From Treponema sp. (GTDB lineage: Bacteria; Spirochaetota; Spirochaetia; Treponematales; Treponemataceae): a stretch of 64,000 nt of DNA. Made by a program: the position numbers and the translations under genes. The stretch's first letter is position 1; every line of letters starts with the position of its first letter. Below are positions 28,456-38,011 of the stretch, piece by piece. Below the pieces are notes generated by a model. That model had not been told where the DNA came from, ran no database searches, and was given only the letters and a program-made list of their open reading frames with translations. The stretch spans positions 28,529-92,528 of the forward strand of contig JAKSTQ010000006.1 of the NCBI GenBank assembly GCA_024402475.1. The letters are read 5' to 3'.

Positions 28456-31215
28456 TTACGGCATATGAATGATATCGCGTGGTTTACTGCCGTTTGCAGG
28501 ACCAACGATTCCGCGTGCTTCCATCTCTTCTACGAGACGTGCTGCTCTGTTGTAGCCGACCTTTAATCTTCTCTGAATATACGAAGCTGATGCTTTTCCG
28601 GCTTCAAGTACGATTGAAAGCGCTTTATCATAAAGCGGATCTGATCCATCGCCAAACAGGCTTGGTTCAGCAAGTTCGTCATCTTCATCAGGGACAAAAA
28701 TATCTTCGTCAATGTATTCTGGTGGTCCAAACTGTTTAACATATTCAACAACATTTTCGACTTCCTGGTCGTTCATGAATGTTCCCTGAATACGTACTGG
28801 GAATGGATCTGTTGCACTTGAGTAAAGCATGTCACCATGTCCAAGAAGTTTTTCAGCGCCGACCTGGTCGATGATAACGCGGCTGTCCATTTTAGAAGCA
28901 ACCATAAATGCAATTCGTGTAGGAATATTTGCCTTGATAAGACCTGTAATTACATCAATAGAAGGGCGCTGTGTTGCAAGTACAAGGTGAATACCAACAG
29001 CGCGGCTCATTGCTGCAAGGCGTGCAACAGTTGATTCAAGTTCTTTGCCTGTTGTTGCCATAAGGTCTGCAAATTCATCAATGATAACAACAATGTAAGG
29101 AAGTTTTTCGTTCAGTAACTGACGTTCTTCGATTCGTTTGTTGTAGTTGATGATGTCGCGGACGCCCATTTTGTCCAGCATTGCATAGCGGCGTTCCATT
29201 TCGCAAAGACAGTACTGGAGTGCCTGGAATGCTTTTTTAGGTTCTGTAATTACTGGTGTCAAAAGGTGAGGAATGTCATTGTAAAGTTTAAGTTCTACTA
29301 CTTTTGGGTCAATGAGAATAAGCTTAACCTGATCTGGTCTGCGGTTATAAAGAATCGAAAGAATCAGGGAGTTAACACAAACTGATTTTCCGGAACCTGT
29401 AGAACCAGCAATCAAAAGATGAGGTGTTTTTGCAATATCGAGCAGCTGTGGTTCACCCTGAATGTCTTTACCAAGAACTACAGGGATTGCCATCTTTTTG
29501 TATTCAGGAAGCTGCTTTTCGATCATTTCGCGGAAAGAAACGATTGCACGCTTTGCGTTTGGAATTTCAATACCAACGGCGCGTTTGCCAGGAATTGGTG
29601 CTACGATACGGACTGAACTTGCGGCAAGGCGAAGTGCAATATTATCCTGAAGTGCAACAATTTTACTGAGTTTAACGCCAGGAGCTGGAAGAATTTCAAA
29701 CATTGTAACTACAGGACCTTTACGGATTCCTGTAACTTCTGCTGCAATTTTGAATTCTTCGAGAGTTTCTTTAAGCTGATAAGAAGCGGCATTTGTTGCT
29801 TCGTCAATGATCCAGTATTTTTCGTCAGCGTATTCGTCAAGAAGGCCTTCGATTGGAACATTATATTTTTTAGGTTTGCGGGCTGGTCTTGAAGCAGCTT
29901 TTTGTTCTTCTGATCCGTCGATTACAGGTTCGCCTGAGCTTGGGGAACTGCTGTTTTTACTAAGACGGTTTCTGATGTCACGGTCCATCTGGGCAAAGAT
30001 ATCATTTACGCTTGAGCCGACCTGTACTGGTTCTGTGCTGTAAGGCGTATCTGTCTGTGGTGCAAAATCATCTTCCTGACTATCAGCGCCGTCTTCGTCT
30101 GATTCTGGTTCTTCCTGGCTGATAAAGTCGTCGTCCTGTGAGAATTCGAAGCTTTCGTCGTCAAAATTATTTTCGTCAGCGGAATCGGTTTCTTCCTGGG
30201 AATCAGATTCTTCAAAGTAGTCATGGCTTTTGTAAGAATCGTTTTCGGCCTGGAATTCGTTGTCCTGGGCGTACTGGTCGTCTTCGAGATTTTCTTCTTC
30301 CGGAAAGTCAAACTGAGGTTCTGGAATAAAATCATCTGGTTCCTGATTTTCATCATTTTCAGAACTTTCTTCTGAAATTTCTGGCTGCCAGTTATTGTCT
30401 TGAGATTCTTCGAAATTATTGTCTTCAAATGATTCTTCTGATTCAACGGATTCAACGGCGGTTTCCTGGAAGTCATCGTCATCGTGTTCAAGGATTTCTT
30501 CGGATTCGTCACGGTAATCAGGGTCAAAAGTGTCTATTCTTGTTCGTTCGCTGTCAGAAAAATCCTGGAACAGCGGTACATTATCAAATGAATGATATTC
30601 TTTTGTCTGAGTATAATCTTCCTGTGCCGGTGAAAGAATTGTTGTATGATATTTGTCTTCTGGTTCATCCTGCTCATCGTCGTCGGTTACAGAAGAGTCC
30701 TTGCGGGAATTTGCAGCAACAGTTTTATCCTGAGATTCAAAAAATTCTTTTGCAGAAAACGGCTTATCCTTTTTTTTCTTGAAGAAAAGGCGTTCTGCAA
30801 TAATTCCTGATAACAGAAATTCAATGGCCATTATGAGCCCTGTAGAAAGAACTGTAAGTGAAAGTTTTACAATTTCTATTGGCTGTGAATAGTCGTGAGA
30901 ATTTTGTTTCCAGAATCTTTCGATTGCAACTGCGGTAAAAAATGGAATAAGTGCAAAACTGATATAAATACATTTTTTAAAAGTAATCTGACCAATAAAA
31001 AAGAGGGCCGCTACAGTAAAAAAGAATAATGGAATAAAGATGCTGCAGATTCCATAGGAATTTGTTAAAAGATTCCCTAAAGAAATAAATAAAGCGCCGG
31101 AAAAGCTCTGTGGTTGAGAAGAAAAAACAGAGAAAACAAGGCTCAAAGAAAAGAAAATACCAAGAATAAAGAAAACTGCGCTTAAAATTTTTGAAGCAAT
31201 TGTATTGTTTTTCAT
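28456..31215 (-). CDS. ftsK: DNA translocase FtsK
   Basis: N-terminal TM domain, long acidic linker, PHLLIAGSTGSGKS, IDEFADL, ATQRP, gamma domain QRRLKVGYNRAAR. Confidence 0.96.
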   Translation of the reverse strand: MKNNTIASKILSAVFFILGIFFSLSLVFSVFSSQPQSFSGALFISLGNLLTNSYGICSIFIPLFFFTVAALFFIGQITFKKCIYISFALIPFFTAVAIERFWKQNSHDYSQPIEIVKLSLTVLSTGLIMAIEFLLSGIIAERLFFKKKKDKPFSAKEFFESQDKTVAANSRKDSSVTDDDEQDEPEDKYHTTILSPAQEDYTQTKEYHSFDNVPLFQDFSDSERTRIDTFDPDYRDESEEILEHDDDDFQETAVESVESEESFEDNNFEESQDNNWQPEISEESSENDENQEPDDFIPEPQFDFPEEENLEDDQYAQDNEFQAENDSYKSHDYFEESDSQEETDSADENNFDDESFEFSQDDDFISQEEPESDEDGADSQEDDFAPQTDTPYSTEPVQVGSSVNDIFAQMDRDIRNRLSKNSSSPSSGEPVIDGSEEQKAASRPARKPKKYNVPIEGLLDEYADEKYWIIDEATNAASYQLKETLEEFKIAAEVTGIRKGPVVTMFEILPAPGVKLSKIVALQDNIALRLAASSVRIVAPIPGKRAVGIEIPNAKRAIVSFREMIEKQLPEYKKMAIPVVLGKDIQGEPQLLDIAKTPHLLIAGSTGSGKSVCVNSLILSILYNRRPDQVKLILIDPKVVELKLYNDIPHLLTPVITEPKKAFQALQYCLCEMERRYAMLDKMGVRDIINYNKRIEERQLLNEKLPYIVVIIDEFADLMATTGKELESTVARLAAMSRAVGIHLVLATQRPSIDVITGLIKANIPTRIAFMVASKMDSRVIIDQVGAEKLLGHGDMLYSSATDPFPVRIQGTFMNDQEVENVVEYVKQFGPPEYIDEDIFVPDEDDELAEPSLFGDGSDPLYDKALSIVLEAGKASASYIQRRLKVGYNRAARLVEEMEARGIVGPANGSKPRDIIHMP

Positions 31216-31395
31216 TTATATTCCTTAAAATCTATATGTACTGACTGAATTTTAGTGTTTAAAGGGACTATTCCCCTGTCTTTATATTATCGGAAAAACG
31301 ATAACTGCCCTTAATTGATTATTTTGTGTCTTGAAAAGATAATTTTTGCTGTAAAAATTGCTTTTTTGAGAGTTTCCATTTATAATTTAAAAGAT

Positions 31396-32481
31396 ATGAA
31401 AGATTCAAAGGTAAAAAGATTTGGAATTTTGACATCTGGCGGGGATGCGCCTGGATTAAATGCAGCTATTAGAGGCGTTTGCCGTGCCGGAATGATTGAA
31501 TATGGCATGGAAGCAGTGGGAATCCGTAACGGTTATGCAGGATTTGCCAAAGGTGACTGCTTTGATATAAAGCCTGAGCATCTGGTAGGACTTTTGACTT
31601 GCGGCGGAACCATTCTGGGGACTTCAAGGGATAAGCCTTTTAAGAAAAAAGAACCGGATCCAGAAACTGGTCTTATGAGCGTTGATGCAATCAAAAAGAA
31701 TTATAAAAAATGGGGCCTGGATGCTCTTGTAGTTCTTGGCGGAAACGGAACAAACACAACCGCGGGACTTCTTGCAAAAGAAGGACTCAATGTAATCGGA
31801 CTTCCTAAAACAATTGATAATGATATCGTTAAAACAGATATTACTTTTGGATTTCATACAGCAGTTGATGTTGCAACAGAAGCGATTGACCGTATTCATA
31901 CAACAGCACACAGTCACAGCCGCGTAATGGTTGTTGAAGTTATGGGACATAAAGCCGGGTGGCTTGGATTATATTCAGGGATTGCAGGTGGTGGTGATGT
32001 AATTCTTTTGCCTGAAATTCCTTACGATATAAAAAAGGTTGCAAAGAATGTAATTGCACGCCGGGATGCAGGTAAAAACTTTTCTATTGTAGTTGTTGCA
32101 GAAGGTGCTTTGACTCCTGAAGAAGCAAAAATGGGAAAGAAAGAATTCAAAAAGCATCGTGCAGCCATGACTCAGTCAATCGGTTACAGAGTTGCAAAGG
32201 AACTTGAAGAAGCAACCGGTCTTGAGTCCAGAGTTTCGGTTCTTGGATACCTGCAGCGTGGTGGAACTCCAAGCCCTTATGACCGTGTTCTTGCAACTCA
32301 GTTTGGTGTCGCGGCTGCGGAGTTTATGGCCCGTGGAGAATTTGGAAAACTTATTGCAATGCAGAATAATAAAATTGTCGGCGTACCGCTTGAAGAAATT
32401 GCAAGTCAGGTAAAGGCAGTTCCTCTTGATCATCCAATGATTATGGCTGGCCGAAGAACAGGAATTTGTTTTGGCGACTGA
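31396..32481 (+). CDS. pfkA: 6-phosphofructokinase (probably ATP-dependent: GGNGT with PKTIDND)
   Basis: TSGGDAPGLN, GGTILGTSR, EVMGH, LGYLQRGG. Start at ATG 31396 after TTGCTT-N17-TATAAT. Confidence 0.9.
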   Translation: MKDSKVKRFGILTSGGDAPGLNAAIRGVCRAGMIEYGMEAVGIRNGYAGFAKGDCFDIKPEHLVGLLTCGGTILGTSRDKPFKKKEPDPETGLMSVDAIKKNYKKWGLDALVVLGGNGTNTTAGLLAKEGLNVIGLPKTIDNDIVKTDITFGFHTAVDVATEAIDRIHTTAHSHSRVMVVEVMGHKAGWLGLYSGIAGGGDVILLPEIPYDIKKVAKNVIARRDAGKNFSIVVVAEGALTPEEAKMGKKEFKKHRAAMTQSIGYRVAKELEEATGLESRVSVLGYLQRGGTPSPYDRVLATQFGVAAAEFMARGEFGKLIAMQNNKIVGVPLEEIASQVKAVPLDHPMIMAGRRTGICFGD

Positions 32482-33370
32482 TTTTAATTGTATAAACTGT
32501 AAGGTCTGTCTTGGCTCAGGCTGTATCGGACAGCTGCCTGGAATGGGTGGCGTTGATAACAATAAAAACTTTATCTTAAACTGTTCCGGCTGGAAAAAAT
32601 ACCATCATCTTGCGGCTGACCTTAACTCCTTGAGCATACCAGAACTTCTGGCTTACCTGCGCCTTGCCCCCATGACAGGCGCTCAGGAAAATATAGGCTG
32701 GCCCGACGAAGACTCCTTCTACGAACCGTTTATTGGCGCAGTATTCAGTGCCGGAATCGGCTTAACAATAGGAGACGGTTTTCCTGACAATAAACTTTTG
32801 TCCGGAATCAAAGCGGTTCAGGCTCTTCCACAAATTGATGGCAAAAATCCAGAAAGCGGAGTTTTCTTTAAACCTTATTCACAGGACAAAATCTTTGAAC
32901 GCATTGAGTGGTCAAAGCCAGTGGCAAGTCATTATGGAATAGATATCGATGCATACAACATTGTTACAATGCGTAACAAAGTAAATCTTGATAAAAAGAC
33001 TGCATCACAGATTAAAGAAATAATGGCAAAAATTGACAAGCCCTTTGTAGTAAAAGGAGTCTTTACAAAAGAAGATATTGAACTTTGTAAAGAAGCAAAG
33101 CCGGATGTGATTTTTGTTTCAAATCATGGCGGTAGAATTAACACAGATACAGGTTCTACGGCGGACTTTTTGGCACAGAATGTAAAGGAACTTAAAAATT
33201 ACTGCAAGGAAGTCTGGGTAGATGGAGGAATTCGAACTTTGAACGACCTTAAGGCTGCAATTGCACTTGGAGCAGATCAGGTTCTTATAGGCCGTCCTCT
33301 TGCAACAGCATTCTGCTACGGCGGACAAAAAGGTGTTGCAGACTGGGTAAAAAAAATAGTAACCGTTTAA
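32471..33370 (+). CDS. FMN-dependent alpha-hydroxy-acid dehydrogenase family protein
   Basis: APMTG, VKG, SNHGGR, DGGIR, IGRP; TTG start overlapping the pfk stop. Confidence 0.82.
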   Translation: MATDFNCINCKVCLGSGCIGQLPGMGGVDNNKNFILNCSGWKKYHHLAADLNSLSIPELLAYLRLAPMTGAQENIGWPDEDSFYEPFIGAVFSAGIGLTIGDGFPDNKLLSGIKAVQALPQIDGKNPESGVFFKPYSQDKIFERIEWSKPVASHYGIDIDAYNIVTMRNKVNLDKKTASQIKEIMAKIDKPFVVKGVFTKEDIELCKEAKPDVIFVSNHGGRINTDTGSTADFLAQNVKELKNYCKEVWVDGGIRTLNDLKAAIALGADQVLIGRPLATAFCYGGQKGVADWVKKIVTV

Positions 33371-33376
33371 GCAATA

Positions 33377-33409
33377 AAAAAGGCTTGAGTTTTTAACTCA
33401 AGCCTTTTT
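33377..33409. terminator. Bidirectional intrinsic terminator
   Basis: AAAAAGGCTTGAGTT-ttt-AACTCAAGCCTTTTT. Confidence 0.9.
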
Positions 33410-33417
33410 GTTTATCT

Positions 33418-34971
33418 CTAGAACTTAGCCTTGCGTAAGCGAACTTTTTCAATGTCTTCACAAAAGAGTTCGCGCAAGTCATTCAATCCAAGTGCCATTA
33501 AAGCCATACGGTCAATACCGATACCCCATGCAAGAACAGGAACATCGATTCCCATTGCTTTTGTAACTTCCGGACGGAAAATACCAGAACCACCAAGTTC
33601 GAACCATCCGAGTTTTGGATGTTTAATGTGAACTTCGATAGAAGGTTCTGTAAATGGGAAGTAACCAGGAATGTATTTAACTTCTTCAGCACCTGCAATT
33701 TCTTTAGCGAACATTTCAAGCATACCAAGGAGAGTCTTAAGGTTTACGTCTTCTCCAAGGATAATACCTTCTGTCTGGTAAAAGTCAGAAAGGTGAGTTG
33801 CATCTACTTTGTCGTAGCGGAAACAGCGTGCAATACCAAAGTATTTTCCAGGGATTTCAGCTTTGTGAAGCTGGTGAGCAGAAAGTACTGTTCCCTGTGA
33901 ACGAAGAATAAGGCGGCGGGTAAAGTCACGGTCAAACTGGTAGTCCCAGCCGCGGCTTCCTGAATCACCACCGTTCTGGTGAATATTTGCTACGTTAGAA
34001 AGATATGGTTCTTCAATTGATTTAGCGTGTGTTGGATTCTTAACGCGGTAAACGTCATGAATATCACGTGCTGCATGGAACTGAGGCATGAACAATGCGT
34101 CACCGTTCCAGAATTCTGTTTCTACAAGTGGACCGTCAAATTCCTGGAATCCAAGAGAACAGAGTTTGTCTTTAACAGATTCAAGGAATGAAACGTAAGG
34201 ATTGATGCGTCCAGGAATGTTACGAGCTGGTGGAATCTGGATGTTGTATCCGCGGAATGTTCCGTTTTTCCATTCACCAGATTCAAGCATTTTAGAAGTA
34301 ACTTCACCGATTTCGTTACCTGTAACGCCAGATTTTTTGAGTTCTGCAGTAACGGCATCGCTTTCTCCGCAGAGTCTGTATGTTACAGTTTCGCGTGTGA
34401 TCATCTTGAATGGAGAATCAGCAGCGCCACGTTTTTTTGCAAGACCAGAAATTACATCAAGTTCTTCTTTTGAAAGGTCGTCCTGATTTAATGTTCCGTC
34501 AGCAGCAATTGCTTTTTTGAGGAGTGAAGTTGTTACAGTAATACGAGCAGGAAGTTCTTTGCCTGTGTATTCAGCTTTCTTTTCTGCATTCATAGCAAGA
34601 ATGCCTTCTTTAGAAAGCTGACCGAATGCAGAACCGATGTCTTTCTGTTCAAGACCAAGACCTGCTGCAATTTCAGGAAGTAATTTAGCTCCATTATCTT
34701 TGAGAAAGTTAACAACTTTTTCTTCTACAGTTCCGTTGGCAGCAAAGTCGCGGCCCAGATCTGTGATTTCAAAGAAAGTATGAGGAGTACGGCTAAGTTC
34801 TTCTACAAGACCTTTAAGACCGAGCCAGGAGAAAGCCTGGTTTGCATGACCTTCTTTATAGTCGAGGTCTTTCTGCAATTTTAATGATGTGAGTTCATCC
34901 TTCTGTGTGTATGCGAGAAGTACTTTAATCTCGAGAGGATGCAAGTTTTTGATTACGCCTGAAATATCCAT
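33418..34971 (-). CDS. pheS: Phenylalanine-tRNA ligase alpha subunit (long archaeal/eukaryal type)
   Basis: 517 aa; FWNGDALFMPQFHAARDIHD, FRYDKVDATHL, YFPFTEPS, ELGGSGIFRPE, AWGIGIDR. Confidence 0.95.
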   Translation of the reverse strand: MDISGVIKNLHPLEIKVLLAYTQKDELTSLKLQKDLDYKEGHANQAFSWLGLKGLVEELSRTPHTFFEITDLGRDFAANGTVEEKVVNFLKDNGAKLLPEIAAGLGLEQKDIGSAFGQLSKEGILAMNAEKKAEYTGKELPARITVTTSLLKKAIAADGTLNQDDLSKEELDVISGLAKKRGAADSPFKMITRETVTYRLCGESDAVTAELKKSGVTGNEIGEVTSKMLESGEWKNGTFRGYNIQIPPARNIPGRINPYVSFLESVKDKLCSLGFQEFDGPLVETEFWNGDALFMPQFHAARDIHDVYRVKNPTHAKSIEEPYLSNVANIHQNGGDSGSRGWDYQFDRDFTRRLILRSQGTVLSAHQLHKAEIPGKYFGIARCFRYDKVDATHLSDFYQTEGIILGEDVNLKTLLGMLEMFAKEIAGAEEVKYIPGYFPFTEPSIEVHIKHPKLGWFELGGSGIFRPEVTKAMGIDVPVLAWGIGIDRMALMALGLNDLRELFCEDIEKVRLRKAKF

Positions 34972-34988
34972 TTTTTTATATTACCTTA

Positions 34989-35402
34989 TTATCTGTACAA
35001 TTTGATGTAAGAAACAAATTCAGCCATTTTGATTCCGCGTGAATCTTTGAAATGTCTTGTTTTGTCTCTACCCAAATATGTGTGTTTGAAGTAGTTGTGT
35101 TCTTTTTCAAAGTCTTTTACAACTTCTGAGATTGTAACTGTAGCTTCTGTTTTGTCAAAAGCAACTTCCATACATGTGTAGTAAACACGGATTTCGTCAT
35201 ACTGTTCTGAATATTCGATTCTTACAGATGCTGGACGTGGTTTACCAGTTTCTGGGTTTGTTGCAATTCTCTGATTTTCTGGAACAATCTTCTGAATTGT
35301 TTTATCGATTGTAACTTTTTCTTTTGGAACATCATCTGTACTCTGAGCAAATACAAAAGTAAATGTGCTAAGGATTGTTAAAAATGCAAGAATTTTCTTC
35401 AT
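34989..35402 (-). CDS. Hypothetical exported protein
   Basis: Signal peptide ending VFA, SD AGGGAG. Confidence 0.75.
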   Translation of the reverse strand: MKKILAFLTILSTFTFVFAQSTDDVPKEKVTIDKTIQKIVPENQRIATNPETGKPRPASVRIEYSEQYDEIRVYYTCMEVAFDKTEATVTISEVVKDFEKEHNYFKHTYLGRDKTRHFKDSRGIKMAEFVSYIKLYR

Positions 35403-35450
35403 TATAATCTCCCTATTATAACGTTTTGCGCGAAATAATATAAAAAATCG

Positions 35451-36125
35451 CTAGAATTGAGTATATTCTACTATTTTATCAGTTTCTAGAAAAAAATCAA
35501 GGTCAACTACATAGTTGCCCGAGTCAATGTAGATTGCCGGAACCTTACGGATAAGGATTGTGCCGGTAATAACCTTTGGTTTATTCTTTACGACTTTACG
35601 ATAGTATTCTCTTATTCCGTTTCTGACTGCTGCGGAGGCTGCCTGTGTCATGCCTTCAAAGCCGGCAGAAAGTTTTCCTTTGCCTGAACCCATGACGCGG
35701 GGATTTTTGATTGCACTCCAGCGTTCATAGTATTTAAGCATCTGGGGAGTTCGGATAAAATTCACCCAGACAGAAATTTTGTCCTGTTTAAAAACAGGTT
35801 CTTCATACCAGATATTTTTTGCATCGCCGTCGAATGTTTTGATTGGAGTACATTCAAAGCTTTCAGGAACATTGCGGGTTTTGTCATAAGGTGTGTAGGT
35901 GAATTTCCAGCCGTAACACATTCCGCTTAAAAGAAGGGAAGAAAGGTCTGCAATCTGTCGTTTGGCGTACTGGAATTCTTCGGTTTCGGCGGTGTAAGAA
36001 CCAGGATATGCGTCCTGAAGGGCCCAAAGATTCATACGGATTTTGCGCGGTGAACTCTGGCCAAAAAGACCTGCTGCTGTAAAGAGAAAAAGAACTGCTG
36101 TTATCAGTGCCTTGCGTTTTTCCAT
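35451..36125 (-). CDS. Hypothetical exported protein
   Basis: Signal peptide-like N-terminus; overlaps the rhomboid 3' end. Confidence 0.7.
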   Translation of the reverse strand: MEKRKALITAVLFLFTAAGLFGQSSPRKIRMNLWALQDAYPGSYTAETEEFQYAKRQIADLSSLLLSGMCYGWKFTYTPYDKTRNVPESFECTPIKTFDGDAKNIWYEEPVFKQDKISVWVNFIRTPQMLKYYERWSAIKNPRVMGSGKGKLSAGFEGMTQAASAAVRNGIREYYRKVVKNKPKVITGTILIRKVPAIYIDSGNYVVDLDFFLETDKIVEYTQF

Positions 36126-36739
36126 ACTTTAATCGGATTAACTCCCATTCGTATTACAAAATAGAACCATGCTGTTACAAAACCGAACAGATGTGTCATG
36201 TGGGCAATATTCATGTTAAAGCTTAAAAGCTGTGAACCGATTGCAATGATTGTGTAAATAATGATCATTACAGGGCCCGGTACAGGTATTACCCAGAATA
36301 TAAAAATACGAATTGAAGGAAAGATTACAGTAAAAGCGAATAAAATTGTATAAATTACACCGCTTGCTCCAATGAGGAAAACGTTGTACTGACCTGTTAC
36401 AAGGTAAAATCCAAGAGAAAAAAGTGAATTGATGATTCCGCACAGAAAGTACATGAGCGAAAATTCTTTTGAACCGATTGCACGTTCAACATATGGTCCG
36501 AACATTAAAAGACCAAACATGTTCCAGAAAAGGTGACTTGTGCCGCCATGAGTGAACATACATGTTACCAGCTGCCACCACATTTTATGGTTGATGAAAT
36601 TCACCGGATTTAATGCAAGGTAAGTGAGCATGTAAGGGCGCATCTTTGTAAGGATGAATACAAGGATATTTACTGCTGCCAGAAGCAATGTAAAGTGACA
36701 GTAGGAATATGAAAAAGGTCTTCTTAATGGATTGGTCAT
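36104..36739 (-). CDS. Rhomboid intramembrane serine protease
   Basis: WQLVT..FTH, HLFWNM, GASG (Ser), AHMTHLFG (His). Confidence 0.93.
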   Translation of the reverse strand: MTNPLRRPFSYSYCHFTLLLAAVNILVFILTKMRPYMLTYLALNPVNFINHKMWWQLVTCMFTHGGTSHLFWNMFGLLMFGPYVERAIGSKEFSLMYFLCGIINSLFSLGFYLVTGQYNVFLIGASGVIYTILFAFTVIFPSIRIFIFWVIPVPGPVMIIIYTIIAIGSQLLSFNMNIAHMTHLFGFVTAWFYFVIRMGVNPIKVWKNARH

Positions 36740-38010
36740 TCTGCAACTTCCGTTGAATGAAGTAATTCAGCATCGGCAAAAGTAATGCGGTTGCGTCCGT
36801 TACGTTTGCTTACATAGAGTGCCTGGTCAGCCTGGTTAACAAGTTCTTTTGGAGTTGAAACCGGATTGATTGTTGCATTGTAAACAGCAACACCGCCTGA
36901 AATTGTAACATGAACTTTCTGTCCGTTGTATTCAAAATCTGCGTCTTCGATTGCTTTACGGATGCGTTCTGCAACTGCGAGCGCGTCGTCTCTGGCAGCA
37001 TTCGGAAGCATTACAGTGAATTCTTCGCCACCGTAACGGCTTGCAATATCCATTTCGCGGATGTTGTTTTTAATTGATTTTGCAACAGATTTAAGGACGA
37101 GGTCGCCGCATTCATGTCCCCATGTATCATTGAATTTCTTGAAGAAGTCAATGTCGAACATAAGAACTGCAAGAGGTGTGTTCTGTGTGATTGCAAGGTC
37201 GAGCTTGTCAGTAAGTGTGTTGTAGAAGAAATATTTAAGCTTGAGGTGAGTCATCATGTCTGTAGATGACTTTTCAAGAAGCGATGCATTATTGATTGCA
37301 ATTGCAGCAAGAGAAGCAATGGAAATCAACTGTTCCTGGTCGTAATGAGAATAGCCTACGCCGTCGCCAAGATCAATTCGTTCACCCATGACAAGAAGGC
37401 CTGTAATGTGGTTCTTGTTGAAAAGCGGAACGATAAGTGAAGGTTTTAAAGATTCCAAAAAGTCGATGTTTGTGCCAGATTCGAGCTGCTTGTAAATTTC
37501 CGGCATTGTGTATGCATGACCGTGATGGTTAAGAATCGAAAGAACAGGATGGTCTGTTGGGATTGTATAATTTACATCCGGGTCAAGATCCATACCGGTA
37601 TGGTTTGAGCCAAGGTTGAATGTATTTGAATCAAGGTCGTCAAGAATAAAAAGTCCTGCGCCGATTACATGCATCTGGCACATACATGTGTAAAGAATTG
37701 ATTCAATAAGGGTTGTGTATTCAAGGGTAGAACAAAGAGATCGTGAAAGTTCCAGCAACTGCTGAAGGTCATAGATGCGTTTTTCGTACTGGTCAATTGT
37801 TTCTGATACAGTTTTTGGCTGGCTGTTCAAGGGTTCGAGAAAAGCTTCTTCCGGGAATTCAACTTTAGGAGTGTCTTTGAATTCTGAAAGAATTGACTGA
37901 AAGTCAGCAACACTTGGAGCTGATTCTTTTTTTGAGTTAGTCTTTGTGTTTGAAGCAGTTTTTTTATTTGCTGCTTTTGGCTTAGTATTAGCCTTCTTTG
38001 TTTTTGCCAT
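36736..38010 (-). CDS. dgcA: GAF-GGDEF diguanylate cyclase
   Basis: GAF-like region; DIDFFK..ND..GH..GD; I-site REMD; RYGGEEF. Confidence 0.88.
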   Translation of the reverse strand: MAKTKKANTKPKAANKKTASNTKTNSKKESAPSVADFQSILSEFKDTPKVEFPEEAFLEPLNSQPKTVSETIDQYEKRIYDLQQLLELSRSLCSTLEYTTLIESILYTCMCQMHVIGAGLFILDDLDSNTFNLGSNHTGMDLDPDVNYTIPTDHPVLSILNHHGHAYTMPEIYKQLESGTNIDFLESLKPSLIVPLFNKNHITGLLVMGERIDLGDGVGYSHYDQEQLISIASLAAIAINNASLLEKSSTDMMTHLKLKYFFYNTLTDKLDLAITQNTPLAVLMFDIDFFKKFNDTWGHECGDLVLKSVAKSIKNNIREMDIASRYGGEEFTVMLPNAARDDALAVAERIRKAIEDADFEYNGQKVHVTISGGVAVYNATINPVSTPKELVNQADQALYVSKRNGRNRITFADAELLHSTEVAE

Positions 38011-38011
38011 T

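Noticed and set aside
33418-34971. Archaeal/eukaryal-type PheS without adjacent pheT
   Set aside because: An established feature of spirochaetes; useful for taxonomy but not novel.
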